A stretch of 64,000 nucleotides of DNA from an uncultured Pseudomonadota bacterium (lineage in GTDB: Bacteria > Oederibacteriota > Muellerivitia > Muellerivitales > Muellerivitaceae), in NCBI GenBank assembly GCA_963836235.1, contig CAWIIP010000005.1, forward strand, positions 256,001 through 320,000, written 5' to 3'. Shown here piece by piece: positions 1-10,087 of the stretch (positions are counted from its first letter, which is position 1; each line of letters opens with the position of its first letter). The translations under genes were made by a program, and so were the position numbers. The notes beneath the pieces are model-generated. The model did no database searches and had not been told where the DNA came from. It worked only from the letters and a program-made list of their open reading frames with translations.

Positions 1-22
1 GAGGACCCAGGGGAATCCCCAA

Positions 23-2182
23 ATGCTGCAAAGTCTTCTTTATTCGGCTTTTTACGCCAACCATAAAAGTCAGTTGGCCGGGATTAAAAAAAACGGGACG
101 AAAAAATACAAGGTCAAGCAGATTACTTTCGGCGGGGTTGATTTGAAATCGAACGCGGTGACTTACCAGCTCAATCCCGGAATTCTGAACGCCATTGAGG
201 GTTCGGCCCCGGCGGGCAGTTATTCGCCCGATTCGATGGAAACGGTTCCCGTCGACCTGCTTCCCACCCAGTGGAGTGAAATTAATTCTCCGTCCATTTG
301 TATCCAGGGACCCGCTTACATGTCGACCGTCAGTAACGTCAGTAATTGGAATCCTTCTCTCTTCTTCGCGGGACCGAGCCAGCCCGCCTTTTTCGTCAAT
401 AGCACCCTGGCGGCCAGCGCGGGCATTTCAAACGCTCCCGTCATTACGGTGCCCAGCACGGCGGTTATTTTCAGCGTCTTTTGCCGCTATATCGACGATT
501 CGTCCATTGATATGGGTCCGTATTTCAACGGGAACTACGGACACTATGAGATGAAGGTGCAAACGATGCAGTTTGATTTTTTGGGAACTCCTGTTTTAGA
601 TGGTACCGGGAATGTGATTTGGAACGACGCCAGCGGCGTCCGCCAATTGAATCTTTGCGGTTCCACCGCGGCCAGCGACCCCTTTTTGCCCTATAACGAC
701 AACCCTTCCGCCCCGGTGAATGGGTCCACCCAGGCGGTTCTTGCCTCGACGGCTTATTTTAACAATCCGGCGAACCTGGTGCGGATCGCCTATCGTTACT
801 ATTTGGGAAACGCCAACAATAGCTACGACACACCGGCCAATAGCCCGGGAGTGATAAACGGCGGCTTCCAATTTCATGCGACGATGCCCGCTTCCTGGAA
901 CGGGTCGACGGCCAATACCACCGACTGGATTTACTCGAGCCCGTTTGAAGTCGATATCACGCCCAGCGAGCTGATCCAATTGAAGTATCTGCCCCTGGCC
1001 ATTCTTTACGCGCCCCCGGGCAATTCCAGCGCCGCCACGTTCACGAATTCCAACTCGATCTCAAACGTGATCAGTCTGAACCAAAGTCTGGGGAGCCAGT
1101 TTCAAAACAGCAACTCCACCAGCCACACGGTTCAAAATTTATCCCAATTCGGATTTCAATTTTCGGCGCCCGTGCTGGGCGCGGTCGAGGTCGGCGGGTC
1201 AACCCAGGGCACCCAGGAGTGGGACTTTACCACCACCCAGACCAACACCGCGACGAACGACACCCTGGACTCGATGACTTCGGTTTTCGGCACGACCATC
1301 TCATTTTTCTACACCGCGTTAAACATGCCGGGGAGCGACCAGGAAACGGTTTCGCAGGAACCATTCTGGTCGGATCTTTTTATTCTGATCACGCATCCCC
1401 AATTCGCCATTTGGAATTACGCGTCCGTGACGCCCGCGGACGGACCGGCCTTAAATGAGGTGACGATGATTTCCAGCAACGCCTCTTATTTTCCCTCGAT
1501 CAATGTGGCGGAGCTGGCGGACTGCGCCACGGGGGGGGCGGGCCCCTGCGTCTTTACCGAGAATAATCCCGCGTTCGTCGATAATTTGTACTCCTATGAC
1601 TGCCAGCAGTTTTTGGAGCTGGACCCCTTTTACATGGATCAATGGCAGGGCTGGCCGGGAAGCGTGTGGAACACTGCCGCGGGAAAATACGAGTTCGTGA
1701 CCAACACCGGCGGGCGGGCCTGCACCATCGGGGCTTTTAATACGGCCACAGAAAAAGGAGGCCAGTTTTATGGCGTCGATATCGGCCAGGTGTTGAAAAA
1801 CGAGGTTGACCAAACCGATAGTTTTGAAACCAATTACAACGGAACGGTGGAATCCCAATATAAGACAACCATGAATTCCGACGGGACTATCGGGCTTAAC
1901 CAGGAAAAATTCGGCGTCAATACCACCAACGGCCAATCCACGTCGAACACCGCAAGTTTGCTGGTGAACGAAAAGGCCGCCATCACTAACGGCGCGGTGA
2001 CCGAGATTGTGGTCGGCGGACAGGTGGGGGATACCAAGGGACAGATTGATTTTTTCGCTTATCGGGATTTGGTCTTTAAGGGCGTAATGTTTCAGGATAT
2101 CAATGAGACCGCGCCATTTAGACCCGTGAGTATTCTGATCCTCAAAAAACAGCCGTATAAAATCCTCCCCCCTGCGAACTAG
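23..2182 (+). CDS. Large Ser/Thr/Asn-rich, probably secreted protein of unknown function (5' end probably outside the window)
   Basis: 719-aa ORF; the frame is open to the window edge upstream of the ATG; ILYAPPG motif followed by S/T-rich alternating beta-strand segments. Confidence 0.75.
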   Translation: MLQSLLYSAFYANHKSQLAGIKKNGTKKYKVKQITFGGVDLKSNAVTYQLNPGILNAIEGSAPAGSYSPDSMETVPVDLLPTQWSEINSPSICIQGPAYMSTVSNVSNWNPSLFFAGPSQPAFFVNSTLAASAGISNAPVITVPSTAVIFSVFCRYIDDSSIDMGPYFNGNYGHYEMKVQTMQFDFLGTPVLDGTGNVIWNDASGVRQLNLCGSTAASDPFLPYNDNPSAPVNGSTQAVLASTAYFNNPANLVRIAYRYYLGNANNSYDTPANSPGVINGGFQFHATMPASWNGSTANTTDWIYSSPFEVDITPSELIQLKYLPLAILYAPPGNSSAATFTNSNSISNVISLNQSLGSQFQNSNSTSHTVQNLSQFGFQFSAPVLGAVEVGGSTQGTQEWDFTTTQTNTATNDTLDSMTSVFGTTISFFYTALNMPGSDQETVSQEPFWSDLFILITHPQFAIWNYASVTPADGPALNEVTMISSNASYFPSINVAELADCATGGAGPCVFTENNPAFVDNLYSYDCQQFLELDPFYMDQWQGWPGSVWNTAAGKYEFVTNTGGRACTIGAFNTATEKGGQFYGVDIGQVLKNEVDQTDSFETNYNGTVESQYKTTMNSDGTIGLNQEKFGVNTTNGQSTSNTASLLVNEKAAITNGAVTEIVVGGQVGDTKGQIDFFAYRDLVFKGVMFQDINETAPFRPVSILILKKQPYKILPPAN

Positions 2183-2250
2183 GGGGGGGTCCAATTTAAT
2201 TTTGAAAAAAGGGTTCGATTTTGGGTTTGTTTTAGCGAAAGGTGGTTTGT

Positions 2251-2640
2251 ATGGCCGACAGTTATTTCTTACCGACTAGTTTTAAGTGGGGCGCCATCGG
2301 CGGTTTTCTTGCCGTCGGGGGAGGGGTTATCGCCATCGTGGCCGCCGTAGGGGGCTCTCCGATTTGGGTCATCATCGGCGGCGGCGCGGCGTTAGCGGGG
2401 GGTATGTTGACCGTTCTTTCTGCGGCATTGCAATGGTTGGAGGATCACGATCCTAACCAGAATCCCGGATCAGGCGTGGTTCCGACGTCGGGGCCGGTAG
2501 GACCGGTGAGAGGACCTGGATCGGGCTCCGGACTTGGGTCGGGAGTTGGATCAGGGTTTGGGTCGGGATTTGGGTCGGGATTCACTCCTGGATCAGGGAT
2601 TGGAACGGGAGTGGGTCCTGTTGGACCAGGATCGGGATAG
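2251..2640 (+). CDS. Small membrane protein with glycine-zipper hairpin and GSG-repeat C-terminal tail
   Basis: ATG at 2251 after AAAGGTGG; hydrophobic GxxxG helices (GAIGGFLAVGGG...GGGAALAGG); tail GSGLGSGVGSGFGSGFGSG. Confidence 0.65.
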   Translation: MADSYFLPTSFKWGAIGGFLAVGGGVIAIVAAVGGSPIWVIIGGGAALAGGMLTVLSAALQWLEDHDPNQNPGSGVVPTSGPVGPVRGPGSGSGLGSGVGSGFGSGFGSGFTPGSGIGTGVGPVGPGSG

Positions 2641-2716
2641 TCCGTGGAATGGCGGCGCGTTATGGTACCGTCAAGGGCTGGTGCGGCCCACTTTTAGCGG
2701 TTACGGGAATGATGAT

Positions 2717-3463
2717 ATGAGTCCTGAGGAAGCCTGCGTCCGGAAAAAAAGAGATTCGTTTTTCGAGTTTTCAAGCCGGGTGAAATCCTTTCGTGAATCG
2801 CTGAAAAACCGAATCCTGGAATTTTGGTATCCCCCTTTGCGTAGCTTTAAAGATGTTCACCAGGGAAAGGCTTTCATCGTTTGCGGATGCGGGCAATCGG
2901 CGGGCAATTTCAAAAAGCCCACCTCGGCTTTGACCATTGGAGTAAATGATTTTGGAAGAAATTTTGACCCTGATTATCTTTTGGTGATGGATCCCCCTAA
3001 AACGTTTACACCGGAGCGGTTCCACTACATTGAAAATTCCAGGGCGAGGTACGTTTTTTCGGACCAATACTTTGATTTGCGGCGCTCCCAATTAGTCCGG
3101 TTTAAATTACGGCAGGCCGCCAAACCTCAATTTGACGACCCCAATTGGCTTTTCTATATCGATAAACCGATCACCTCACCCTTTATGGCGGTGACCCTGG
3201 CCGCGCATATGGGGGCGGGCCTGATTGGACTGATAGGCGTTGACTATACCGAGAATCACTTTTTCGCGGCAACTGGTACCCATGTGCTTACTCCCCACCT
3301 TGCGGGTATCGACCGGCGATTCCTTCTTCTTCTGAATGCGCTTCAAAGCCTCGGGATAAAATTCTTCAATTTAAGCCCGGAGAGTCTTTTGCGGTCGGTG
3401 CCGAAAATTTCAATGAACGATTTTACCGCTGAGGTCGGAAGGTTAAGGGTACCTCGCCGATAA
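2717..3463 (+). CDS. Maf/DUF115 (MptE-like, GT29-like fold) putative glycosyltransferase
   Basis: FKDVHQGKAFIVCGCGQS, TIGVND, PDYLLVMD and AAHMGAGLIGLIGVDY motifs typical of this fold; start uncertain. Confidence 0.65.
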   Translation: MSPEEACVRKKRDSFFEFSSRVKSFRESLKNRILEFWYPPLRSFKDVHQGKAFIVCGCGQSAGNFKKPTSALTIGVNDFGRNFDPDYLLVMDPPKTFTPERFHYIENSRARYVFSDQYFDLRRSQLVRFKLRQAAKPQFDDPNWLFYIDKPITSPFMAVTLAAHMGAGLIGLIGVDYTENHFFAATGTHVLTPHLAGIDRRFLLLLNALQSLGIKFFNLSPESLLRSVPKISMNDFTAEVGRLRVPRR

Positions 3464-4182
3464 CATTGGCTTATTAATTGAAATGGAATCTCGTTGGGGT
3501 GTGTTGAGGTTTAGCGGTGGACTTTTCCCCGGCGATACAAGACCGATAACGGGGATGCGGTGGCGGAGCAGGATGTGGCGGATATTTATCAGGCAAAATC
3601 CGATTGGCGAAACCGCGAGAAAATAGACGTCTGGTTTGGAACCTATCTGGAAAGCGGAAGGTCTTTTACGGCCCCAAAACCCTGAGATTGAAAAAGGGGA
3701 AAAGACTTTCATCCATCGCTTGCTGACAGCTCTCTGTTCAAAAAAACCAAGGCATTACTCATGCCAATTTCTGGTTTGAATAAGACCTAAATGCCCGTTC
3801 TTTACCAAGTTCTTTTTTCGAAATCTGAATTTTTTCATAAACGTGTTCTGGATCATAACGCCCTTTATCCCTAAGTTTTAACTTATAAGCAGCATCCAAA
3901 AAGGAGCACCCATTTCCCATAATATTTCTGAAATGGGCATATCCAACTTAAAGGAAGTGTCCGACTGGGTGATGTCCCGTTAACTTCCTTCGCTTCTTTT
4001 CGTCCTCCATCAACGGGACATAAAAAACGGACATCCAAAATTTAGTCGTAACTTCCCAGGGGGCAAAGCGGATATGGTTAGGTAATCGAAATCCAATCAG
4101 TTAATGGTTGGGGTCCCACTTCCGTCAAACGCTTTGCGGCGGGGAACCATTGGGTTTTAGAAGCCTATCCTGGAGGCCGGTC

Positions 4183-5469
4183 ATGATTCGTTATTTGTTT
4201 TTCCCCGCGCTTTTGATCCTGGGAGTTTTGTCCATCCCGGCCTGCGGCAGTAAGAGCAGCCCTTCCACCCCTTCCGGCAATTCCAACCCGGGCCCGACTT
4301 CCACCTTCACTTCCATTCCGTGCGTGAACGCCAGCGACACTCCCTGCACCTCCACCGCTACCCCCACCTTTACGGCCACTTCCACAACCACCTCCACCCC
4401 GACGGCCACCCATAGCCCCACCTTCACCCCAACCCGCACGCCGACCCTGACGCCCACCGTCACCCCCACGCCGACCTTGACCCCGACCTCCACCCCCACC
4501 TTTACGGCCACCTCCTCGGCGACCCTGACGGATACTTCGACCATCACTTTGACCCCGACGGCCACTGAAACCTCCACTCCCTCCCCCACGGCCACAAATT
4601 CGCCGACGGGGACTCCGACGCCCACGGTGACCTCCACCTCCACCCCCTTCAGCCAAGGGGTCTCGATCAATTTGACGACCTCGGTGCCTGGCGTGACGAC
4701 GGAGAGTCCGGGCCTTATCCGTTACGCGTCCGGCGGGGACTTATGGATCACGGCGATCCAGGGGGATTACCTCCAGGAATGGACGACCCTGGGCGGATCG
4801 CCCGTTACCATCATGCAAACGGTCGCCGGGCTGGATTGGACGGCCTTGACCGGCCTGGGGATCGATCCCCATAACGGCAATATTTATGTGGCCAATTACT
4901 TGGGAACAGATGTGTTGAACTCCTCCGGCCAGTATTTGGTTGGTTTCCAGGAAACGGGCTATGAGACCCTCGCGGATGTCGCGGTGAATTCCCAGGGGAC
5001 GACCTTTTACGGTGTCGACAACAACGACACCAACCAGTTCTTCACGGGCGCCATCGGCGGTACGGCCGCCAGCCCCACCTTTACCTTTACCGGCAGCGCC
5101 ATGGTGGGAACCTCGGCGGATTCAATCCAGGGTTTCAGTTTCGATTCCTCCGGCAACCTCTGGATGGCCAGCGAACGTCCCGGCGGCATCGGTTCGGTCA
5201 TCGAATACAGCGCGGACCTCACCACCCTACTGACCCGGATTAACCTTCCCGGCTTGGACCAGCCCGCCGACGTGGCGGTGGATTCCTCCGGCAATGTTTT
5301 CGTCGCCGATACCACGGGGGATGAGGTTTTGGAATACGACTCCTCGGGCCTCCTGGTCAACAGCTTCGGGAAAGCCACCACCAGCCCCAGGGGCCTGACT
5401 CTCGATGGGGCGGGCAATCTTTATGTCGCTTATGCGGGCAACTATGTCCTTGGCTTCAAGGTCAATTGA
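4183..5469 (+). CDS. Lipoprotein with Thr/Pro-rich linker and NHL-repeat beta-propeller
   Basis: GGAGG RBS; lipobox IPAC; TPT repeats; NHL repeats ([31 protein letters not shown]). Confidence 0.85.
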   Translation: MIRYLFFPALLILGVLSIPACGSKSSPSTPSGNSNPGPTSTFTSIPCVNASDTPCTSTATPTFTATSTTTSTPTATHSPTFTPTRTPTLTPTVTPTPTLTPTSTPTFTATSSATLTDTSTITLTPTATETSTPSPTATNSPTGTPTPTVTSTSTPFSQGVSINLTTSVPGVTTESPGLIRYASGGDLWITAIQGDYLQEWTTLGGSPVTIMQTVAGLDWTALTGLGIDPHNGNIYVANYLGTDVLNSSGQYLVGFQETGYETLADVAVNSQGTTFYGVDNNDTNQFFTGAIGGTAASPTFTFTGSAMVGTSADSIQGFSFDSSGNLWMASERPGGIGSVIEYSADLTTLLTRINLPGLDQPADVAVDSSGNVFVADTTGDEVLEYDSSGLLVNSFGKATTSPRGLTLDGAGNLYVAYAGNYVLGFKVN

Positions 5470-5559
5470 GCCGGGTTGAGAAAGGCTTTGAGGCGAGTTT
5501 GGGCGTTTGTTTTTTCCAATAAATAAAAAAGGCAGTTCATCATAAAAAGGAGTTTTTCC

Positions 5560-6774
5560 ATGAGAAAGCTTTGGATGGGGTTGTTCAGCGTCTTGTTGAC
5601 AGGGGGAATGGCGCTATCGTTCGTCTCCTGCGGCAGTAAAAAATCGAGCCCGACTTCGCCCTCCGGGCCGACGGGCACGCCGGTGCTTTACCTCTACGCT
5701 TCCAACACGACGGCCGCGACGAATTACCAGAATTTGCTCAATGCCAACGGCTATAACTGCACGACGGCCACCTTGGCCAACGCCACCAACGACAGCCTCG
5801 CCACCCTGGCCGCTTACAGCGTCATCTTGGTCAGCGACGACGCCCAGGCCATCACGGCCCTGGCCAATACGACGCTCGCCACCAATATCTTCAACTCCAA
5901 CAAGCCGGTGATCGGCATCGGCAAGGCGGGAAGCTACTTTTTCGACGAGGTAGGCGTCACTTCCATTGGGTACATCAACTCCGGCACCACCTCGGGAACC
6001 GAAGTGACCGCGCTCAACACCGCGGACACCCTCTGGACCAGCCCCAATACCATCTCCCCCACCACCGCCGCCGTCCTCTACTCCAGCGCATCGAGTTACT
6101 ACTCGCCCTATTACACCGGCACGCCCGCCGCCGGGACGGTTTTGGAAGCCTTTGATCCCGGCAGCGCCAACTACTATCCCATCGCGAATTTCTTCACCGG
6201 GACCACGACTTATTTCGTGTGGGGCTACCAAACCGATCCCTCCGGCATGACGGCCACCGGAAAGAGCCTGTTCATCAACCTGATGAAGAAGGCCCAGGCG
6301 GAGCCCAAGCGGCTGATCAACTACACGGAAACCAGCGGGGGCGGGAGCAGCATCAGCGACGGGCTGGACATCGTCTCCTATCCGGGAACCAGCCTGGCCA
6401 GCATTGTCCTGTGGATCTCCACCAACACCGCCGGCTCCTTCACCTATAACCTGGTGGCTTTTGATGACTGTTTCACCGGCACCAGCCTCGGCAACGCCAC
6501 CAGCGCCACCGTCGTCCAGGACGGGACACCGGCGGATAACCAACCCGTCACCTTCAGTTTCGCGTCCAACCCGGCGGTGCCTAAGGGCGACGCGGTGGCC
6601 ATGATCTTGACCCAGGCCTCCGGCCCCAGCGCTCCCTCCTATTTCTCCGTCACGGGCAATTTCGGCGGCTTGACGGGATCGGCGATCGGGGTCAACGACC
6701 TCAGCGGCAATGGGGGTTGCTTGAGCACCCTCAAGACCAATGGATATGCCATCTTATTGAACGGCAATCCCTAA
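5560..6774 (+). CDS. Secreted lipoprotein, unknown function
   Basis: AGGAG RBS; lipobox FVSC; 404 aa with coding-like GC3; paralog of the next gene. Confidence 0.8.
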   Translation: MRKLWMGLFSVLLTGGMALSFVSCGSKKSSPTSPSGPTGTPVLYLYASNTTAATNYQNLLNANGYNCTTATLANATNDSLATLAAYSVILVSDDAQAITALANTTLATNIFNSNKPVIGIGKAGSYFFDEVGVTSIGYINSGTTSGTEVTALNTADTLWTSPNTISPTTAAVLYSSASSYYSPYYTGTPAAGTVLEAFDPGSANYYPIANFFTGTTTYFVWGYQTDPSGMTATGKSLFINLMKKAQAEPKRLINYTETSGGGSSISDGLDIVSYPGTSLASIVLWISTNTAGSFTYNLVAFDDCFTGTSLGNATSATVVQDGTPADNQPVTFSFASNPAVPKGDAVAMILTQASGPSAPSYFSVTGNFGGLTGSAIGVNDLSGNGGCLSTLKTNGYAILLNGNP

Positions 6775-6872
6775 GACCGGATTGGGGCTTAAACCATGCG
6801 TCCCGGGGCTTTTTAAGGGCCCTGGACGCTGGTTTTTTACCGGCAAAATTTGAATTTTTTAGGAGTCGAACC

Positions 6873-7436
6873 ATGAAAAAGCAATTGGGATGGAGTTCAA
6901 GAATCCTGCTGATGGGGGGGCTTTCGCTTTTGTTGGTTTCCTGCGGAGGTAAAAAAGCCGCCCCCACGACGCCTTCCGCCCCCGGGCCCAGCGGGCCGGC
7001 GGTGCTTTACATTTACGGAAGCAACACCACGGCGGCGGGGAATTACCAGAGCCTGCTCAATGGCAACGGCTATAACGTCACCACCATGGCGCTCCCCAAC
7101 GCCATCAACGCCACTCTCGCCAATTACAGCCTCATTATTTTCAGCGACGATTCGCAGGCCGTCACGGCCATGGCCTATGACACGCTGGTCACCAATATCT
7201 TCAACTCGGGCAAGCCCGTGATAGGCATCGGGGCCGGGGGAGGTTACTATTTCCAGCAGGTGGGCGTCACCTCGATCGGGTTCAGCAACTTGTATTCTTT
7301 TCCCTCGATCTCGGTGACCGCCGCGAATGAAACTTCCAGTTTTTGGTACAGTCCCAACGCGATTACCCCCACCGGAACCCTGACCCTCTATTCCAGTTCG
7401 GTGAGCTGTCTGGCGCCCTATTTCGCCTCCACGCCC
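6873..7436 (+). pseudogene. Truncated paralog of the 5560-6774 lipoprotein
   Basis: AGGAG RBS; lipobox LVSC; alignable to the upstream paralog until APYFASTP, where the RAYT element end begins. Confidence 0.75.
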
Positions 7437-7440
7437 AAAA

Positions 7441-8461
7441 AAAGGGGTCAGGCCTCTAGATTATACTTCAGGAGCTTCTTCGCGAATTCCTTGTCCTCCG
7501 CCAATCGCTTCTTGGCCTTTACCCAGTGATGCCCAACTGCGCCCAAACTTACTCCCATTCTTTTTGCTATCTCCTTCAGGCTCAACCCCGCTTCTTTCTT
7601 TAACAGGTATATCGCCACTTCTTTGGGCTCTCGTCTTCGGGCCCTCGCCACCAGCACTTCTTCCGGTTTTATTCCATGGTTTTTTGCCACCCATTCGATG
7701 ACCTTTTCCGGGTCCTGTTTAATCACGTGTTTTTGGTACTTGGGCACATCCAGGTGCCGGTGCTTTTTCCCAACCTCGTGCACATGGCCTAAAAACTCGT
7801 CACTTCCCAGGTAAATTCTTGAGGCTAGCTGTTCCCAGGGGGATTCCTTTTTCCCCATTCCATCTTCTACAAACCGCTTATAAGCCTCATGCGCTCTTTT
7901 CCGTTCTTTTCCAAATTGTCCCAAGATCCAGTCCACCTCCAACCACGGTTCCGGTTTTTCCAATCCTGCCGTGGCCCGGTAACTGCTCCACTTCCAGTCC
8001 TTGGGATGTTTCACCATCCGGGCCCTCACCGGGTTCAAAACCACATATCGACTTAATTCCTTTAAATAAGTCTCTTTTTCCACCACTAAGGCCTTATACC
8101 GGCCCTGGTAGAGATGGCCGACCCGGTGGTGTTTCTTGTTAAATCGTTGGGTATAAATGCCATTGAAGTGTTTCATGGCGACGGACAGGTTAGCCGCCGG
8201 TGTTTCCAAGAGGAGATGGTAGTGGTTGTCCATCAGCACCCAGGCATGGCACACCACCTGGTTTTCCTCGATCATTTCGCCCAAAAGGCGCACAAACATC
8301 CACCTGTCGGAGTCATCCGTTACGATTTTCCTCCGCTCGTTACCCCGGGAGGTCACATGGTAAACCGCGCCTTCATAATGGATTCGTTTGGGTCGGGGCA
8401 TGGGCATATCTTACCGGCGGCGTTGTTCTCGTAAACTATATTCTAGAGGCCTGACCCCTTT
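7441..8461. mobile_element. RAYT-type HUH transposase element with 25-bp terminal inverted repeats
   Basis: AAAGGGGTCAGGCCTCTAGATTATA (7441-7465) and TATATTCTAGAGGCCTGACCCCTTT (8437-8461) are inverted, 24/25 identical, and enclose only the transposase gene. Confidence 0.8.
7448..8407 (-). CDS. REP-associated tyrosine transposase (RAYT, Y1 HUH) with C-terminal DnaA-C-like HTH
   Basis: MPRPKR start, YHVTSRGN, LMDNHYHLL (HUH), YVVLNPVRA, WSSY; C-terminal GLSLKEIAKRMG helix-turn-helix. Confidence 0.9.
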   Translation of the reverse strand: MPMPRPKRIHYEGAVYHVTSRGNERRKIVTDDSDRWMFVRLLGEMIEENQVVCHAWVLMDNHYHLLLETPAANLSVAMKHFNGIYTQRFNKKHHRVGHLYQGRYKALVVEKETYLKELSRYVVLNPVRARMVKHPKDWKWSSYRATAGLEKPEPWLEVDWILGQFGKERKRAHEAYKRFVEDGMGKKESPWEQLASRIYLGSDEFLGHVHEVGKKHRHLDVPKYQKHVIKQDPEKVIEWVAKNHGIKPEEVLVARARRREPKEVAIYLLKKEAGLSLKEIAKRMGVSLGAVGHHWVKAKKRLAEDKEFAKKLLKYNLEA

Positions 8462-8463
8462 GT

Positions 8464-9918
8464 TCACGAACCGTCTGCCAAAAGGAAACTGATAGTTGGA
8501 TTCACCCTTGAATTCATCGATTCACTGAATCCAATAACTAACGAAATACTGCCTCCTTGACTGTTATCAATGGAATTGTTAATGGAATTATTTAAATTCC
8601 CAAGAGTAGTATTACCTGGCGATGGAGTGGGCCAAGATGCCCCATAAAAAGCAGTTGTATCTTGGGACAATGTAACCGATTGAACATAAGGAAGCTGTTT
8701 TTGGAAGGTATTTTGTAAAAGACCCCAAAGTTCTGTTTGGGGCGCATCGTAACCTAATGCCCAAATCCCAATGCCAGCTAAATTATTGGAATTGGCATAG
8801 TTATATTTCAGTCCTAATGATTGAACATTGTCATACCAAGTTTGGTAATAATTTTTATTGTTTAGGGAGTCTAGAAAAGAAAAGTAAAACCACGGGGATT
8901 CCGCACCATTTCCGGTATCCGGTGTCGGTTCCCATGTTTTCGTAATTTGAACTTGGAATGTAACTCCATAACTATCAACAAACGGTCCGCCACCAAGCGA
9001 AACCCAACTTGCAATATTTCCAATTCCGGGAGCAGACACATTCCCATAAAACCACGTGTTATAAGTATACCCAGCTAAGATACTGGCACCCTCAGAGGTG
9101 CTATTGGTCGGCCAGCCATATCCATAATAAGGGCAAGCAAGTACTAAAAATCCGCTTGGGACTTGGTTAACAAGCAAGTTTTGAATGGTATTATCTACGG
9201 ACAAACCATTATCAATTTCAGTTTGACCTTGACTATTGGGCCAAGTCGAAGAATAAAGAGGTGCATTAGGGCCTGGTGGAGTACTGACCGGCCCAGAATA
9301 ATCGTAGGCACCTACCACCCATCCGTCAGTTGCTTGAGCAATATCAGCCACATCATAACCTTTGGCCATAGTGCTATTCCCATAAAGAGATGGGTCTTGG
9401 GGTAAATAGGCGGTAACTTGGTAACCCAAAGAATAAGGTGGATTACTTTTATAAACTTGATTTGCTAAATTGCTCATAAAAGTAACAAAAGCAGATTGAT
9501 AGCTTGGTTTTACATATTCAAAATCTATACAAACACCTTGATATGTATTTCCCATATCACTGATGATTTCACCAATAGTATTTTGAAAATTAGAACTGTT
9601 GCTCAAAAACGCAGTAACTGCAGAAGTATTTAAACACGCTATCCCTAAAATTGGCACAACACCATCAGCCTTTGCTTGTGTAAAAGCTAGAGAGTATTGG
9701 CCGTTTTCATAAAGTTCCCCCGAGCCATCCATAGTAACCGCCATATTTGCTACGTGAGTTAATTTCGGCCATTGAATACTTGAAAAATTAGACCCGTTAT
9801 AAAAACCGTAAACAATGCGATTGACACCAGAACTCAAATTCTGGGCCATTGAAAAATTTGGGAGAAAAAATAAAACCCAAATAATAAATTTTAAAAATCT
9901 AGATATAGTTAGATTCAT
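8464..9918 (-). CDS. Secreted GH18-family glycoside hydrolase (chitobiase/N-acetylglucosaminidase-like), possibly C-terminally truncated
   Basis: Signal peptide; LTHV, GVCIDFEY, AYDY, LACPYYGY, WYDNVQSLGLKY, GIGIWALGYD motifs; visibly AT-rich; stops 2 bp from the RAYT repeat. Confidence 0.85.
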   Translation of the reverse strand: MNLTISRFLKFIIWVLFFLPNFSMAQNLSSGVNRIVYGFYNGSNFSSIQWPKLTHVANMAVTMDGSGELYENGQYSLAFTQAKADGVVPILGIACLNTSAVTAFLSNSSNFQNTIGEIISDMGNTYQGVCIDFEYVKPSYQSAFVTFMSNLANQVYKSNPPYSLGYQVTAYLPQDPSLYGNSTMAKGYDVADIAQATDGWVVGAYDYSGPVSTPPGPNAPLYSSTWPNSQGQTEIDNGLSVDNTIQNLLVNQVPSGFLVLACPYYGYGWPTNSTSEGASILAGYTYNTWFYGNVSAPGIGNIASWVSLGGGPFVDSYGVTFQVQITKTWEPTPDTGNGAESPWFYFSFLDSLNNKNYYQTWYDNVQSLGLKYNYANSNNLAGIGIWALGYDAPQTELWGLLQNTFQKQLPYVQSVTLSQDTTAFYGASWPTPSPGNTTLGNLNNSINNSIDNSQGGSISLVIGFSESMNSRVNPTISFLLADGS

Positions 9919-10087
9919 TTCCTCTTTAGCAAACTAATGATTCAAATTTTGTATTTTGAACGTTTTTAATAATAATTTTTTATCTGCTTTTTAATGTTAC
10001 TTCCGAGATCGCTTTCTCGCTTTCGCTGCCCTTTCCAATGGAAGTAATGCCAAAATAGTAAGTCTTTCCATTTTTCAATAATCCGAT

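Noticed and set aside
3464-4180. Long intergenic region with short ORF fragments; searched for a riboswitch or ncRNA
   Set aside because: No recognisable RNA motif; probably decayed coding sequence plus promoter.
4340-4650. Short tandem-like ACC/CCC repeats that could suggest a CRISPR or DNA repeat array
   Set aside because: Degenerate codon repeats of a TP linker; no constant repeat with unique spacers and no cas genes. I saw no CRISPR array in the window.
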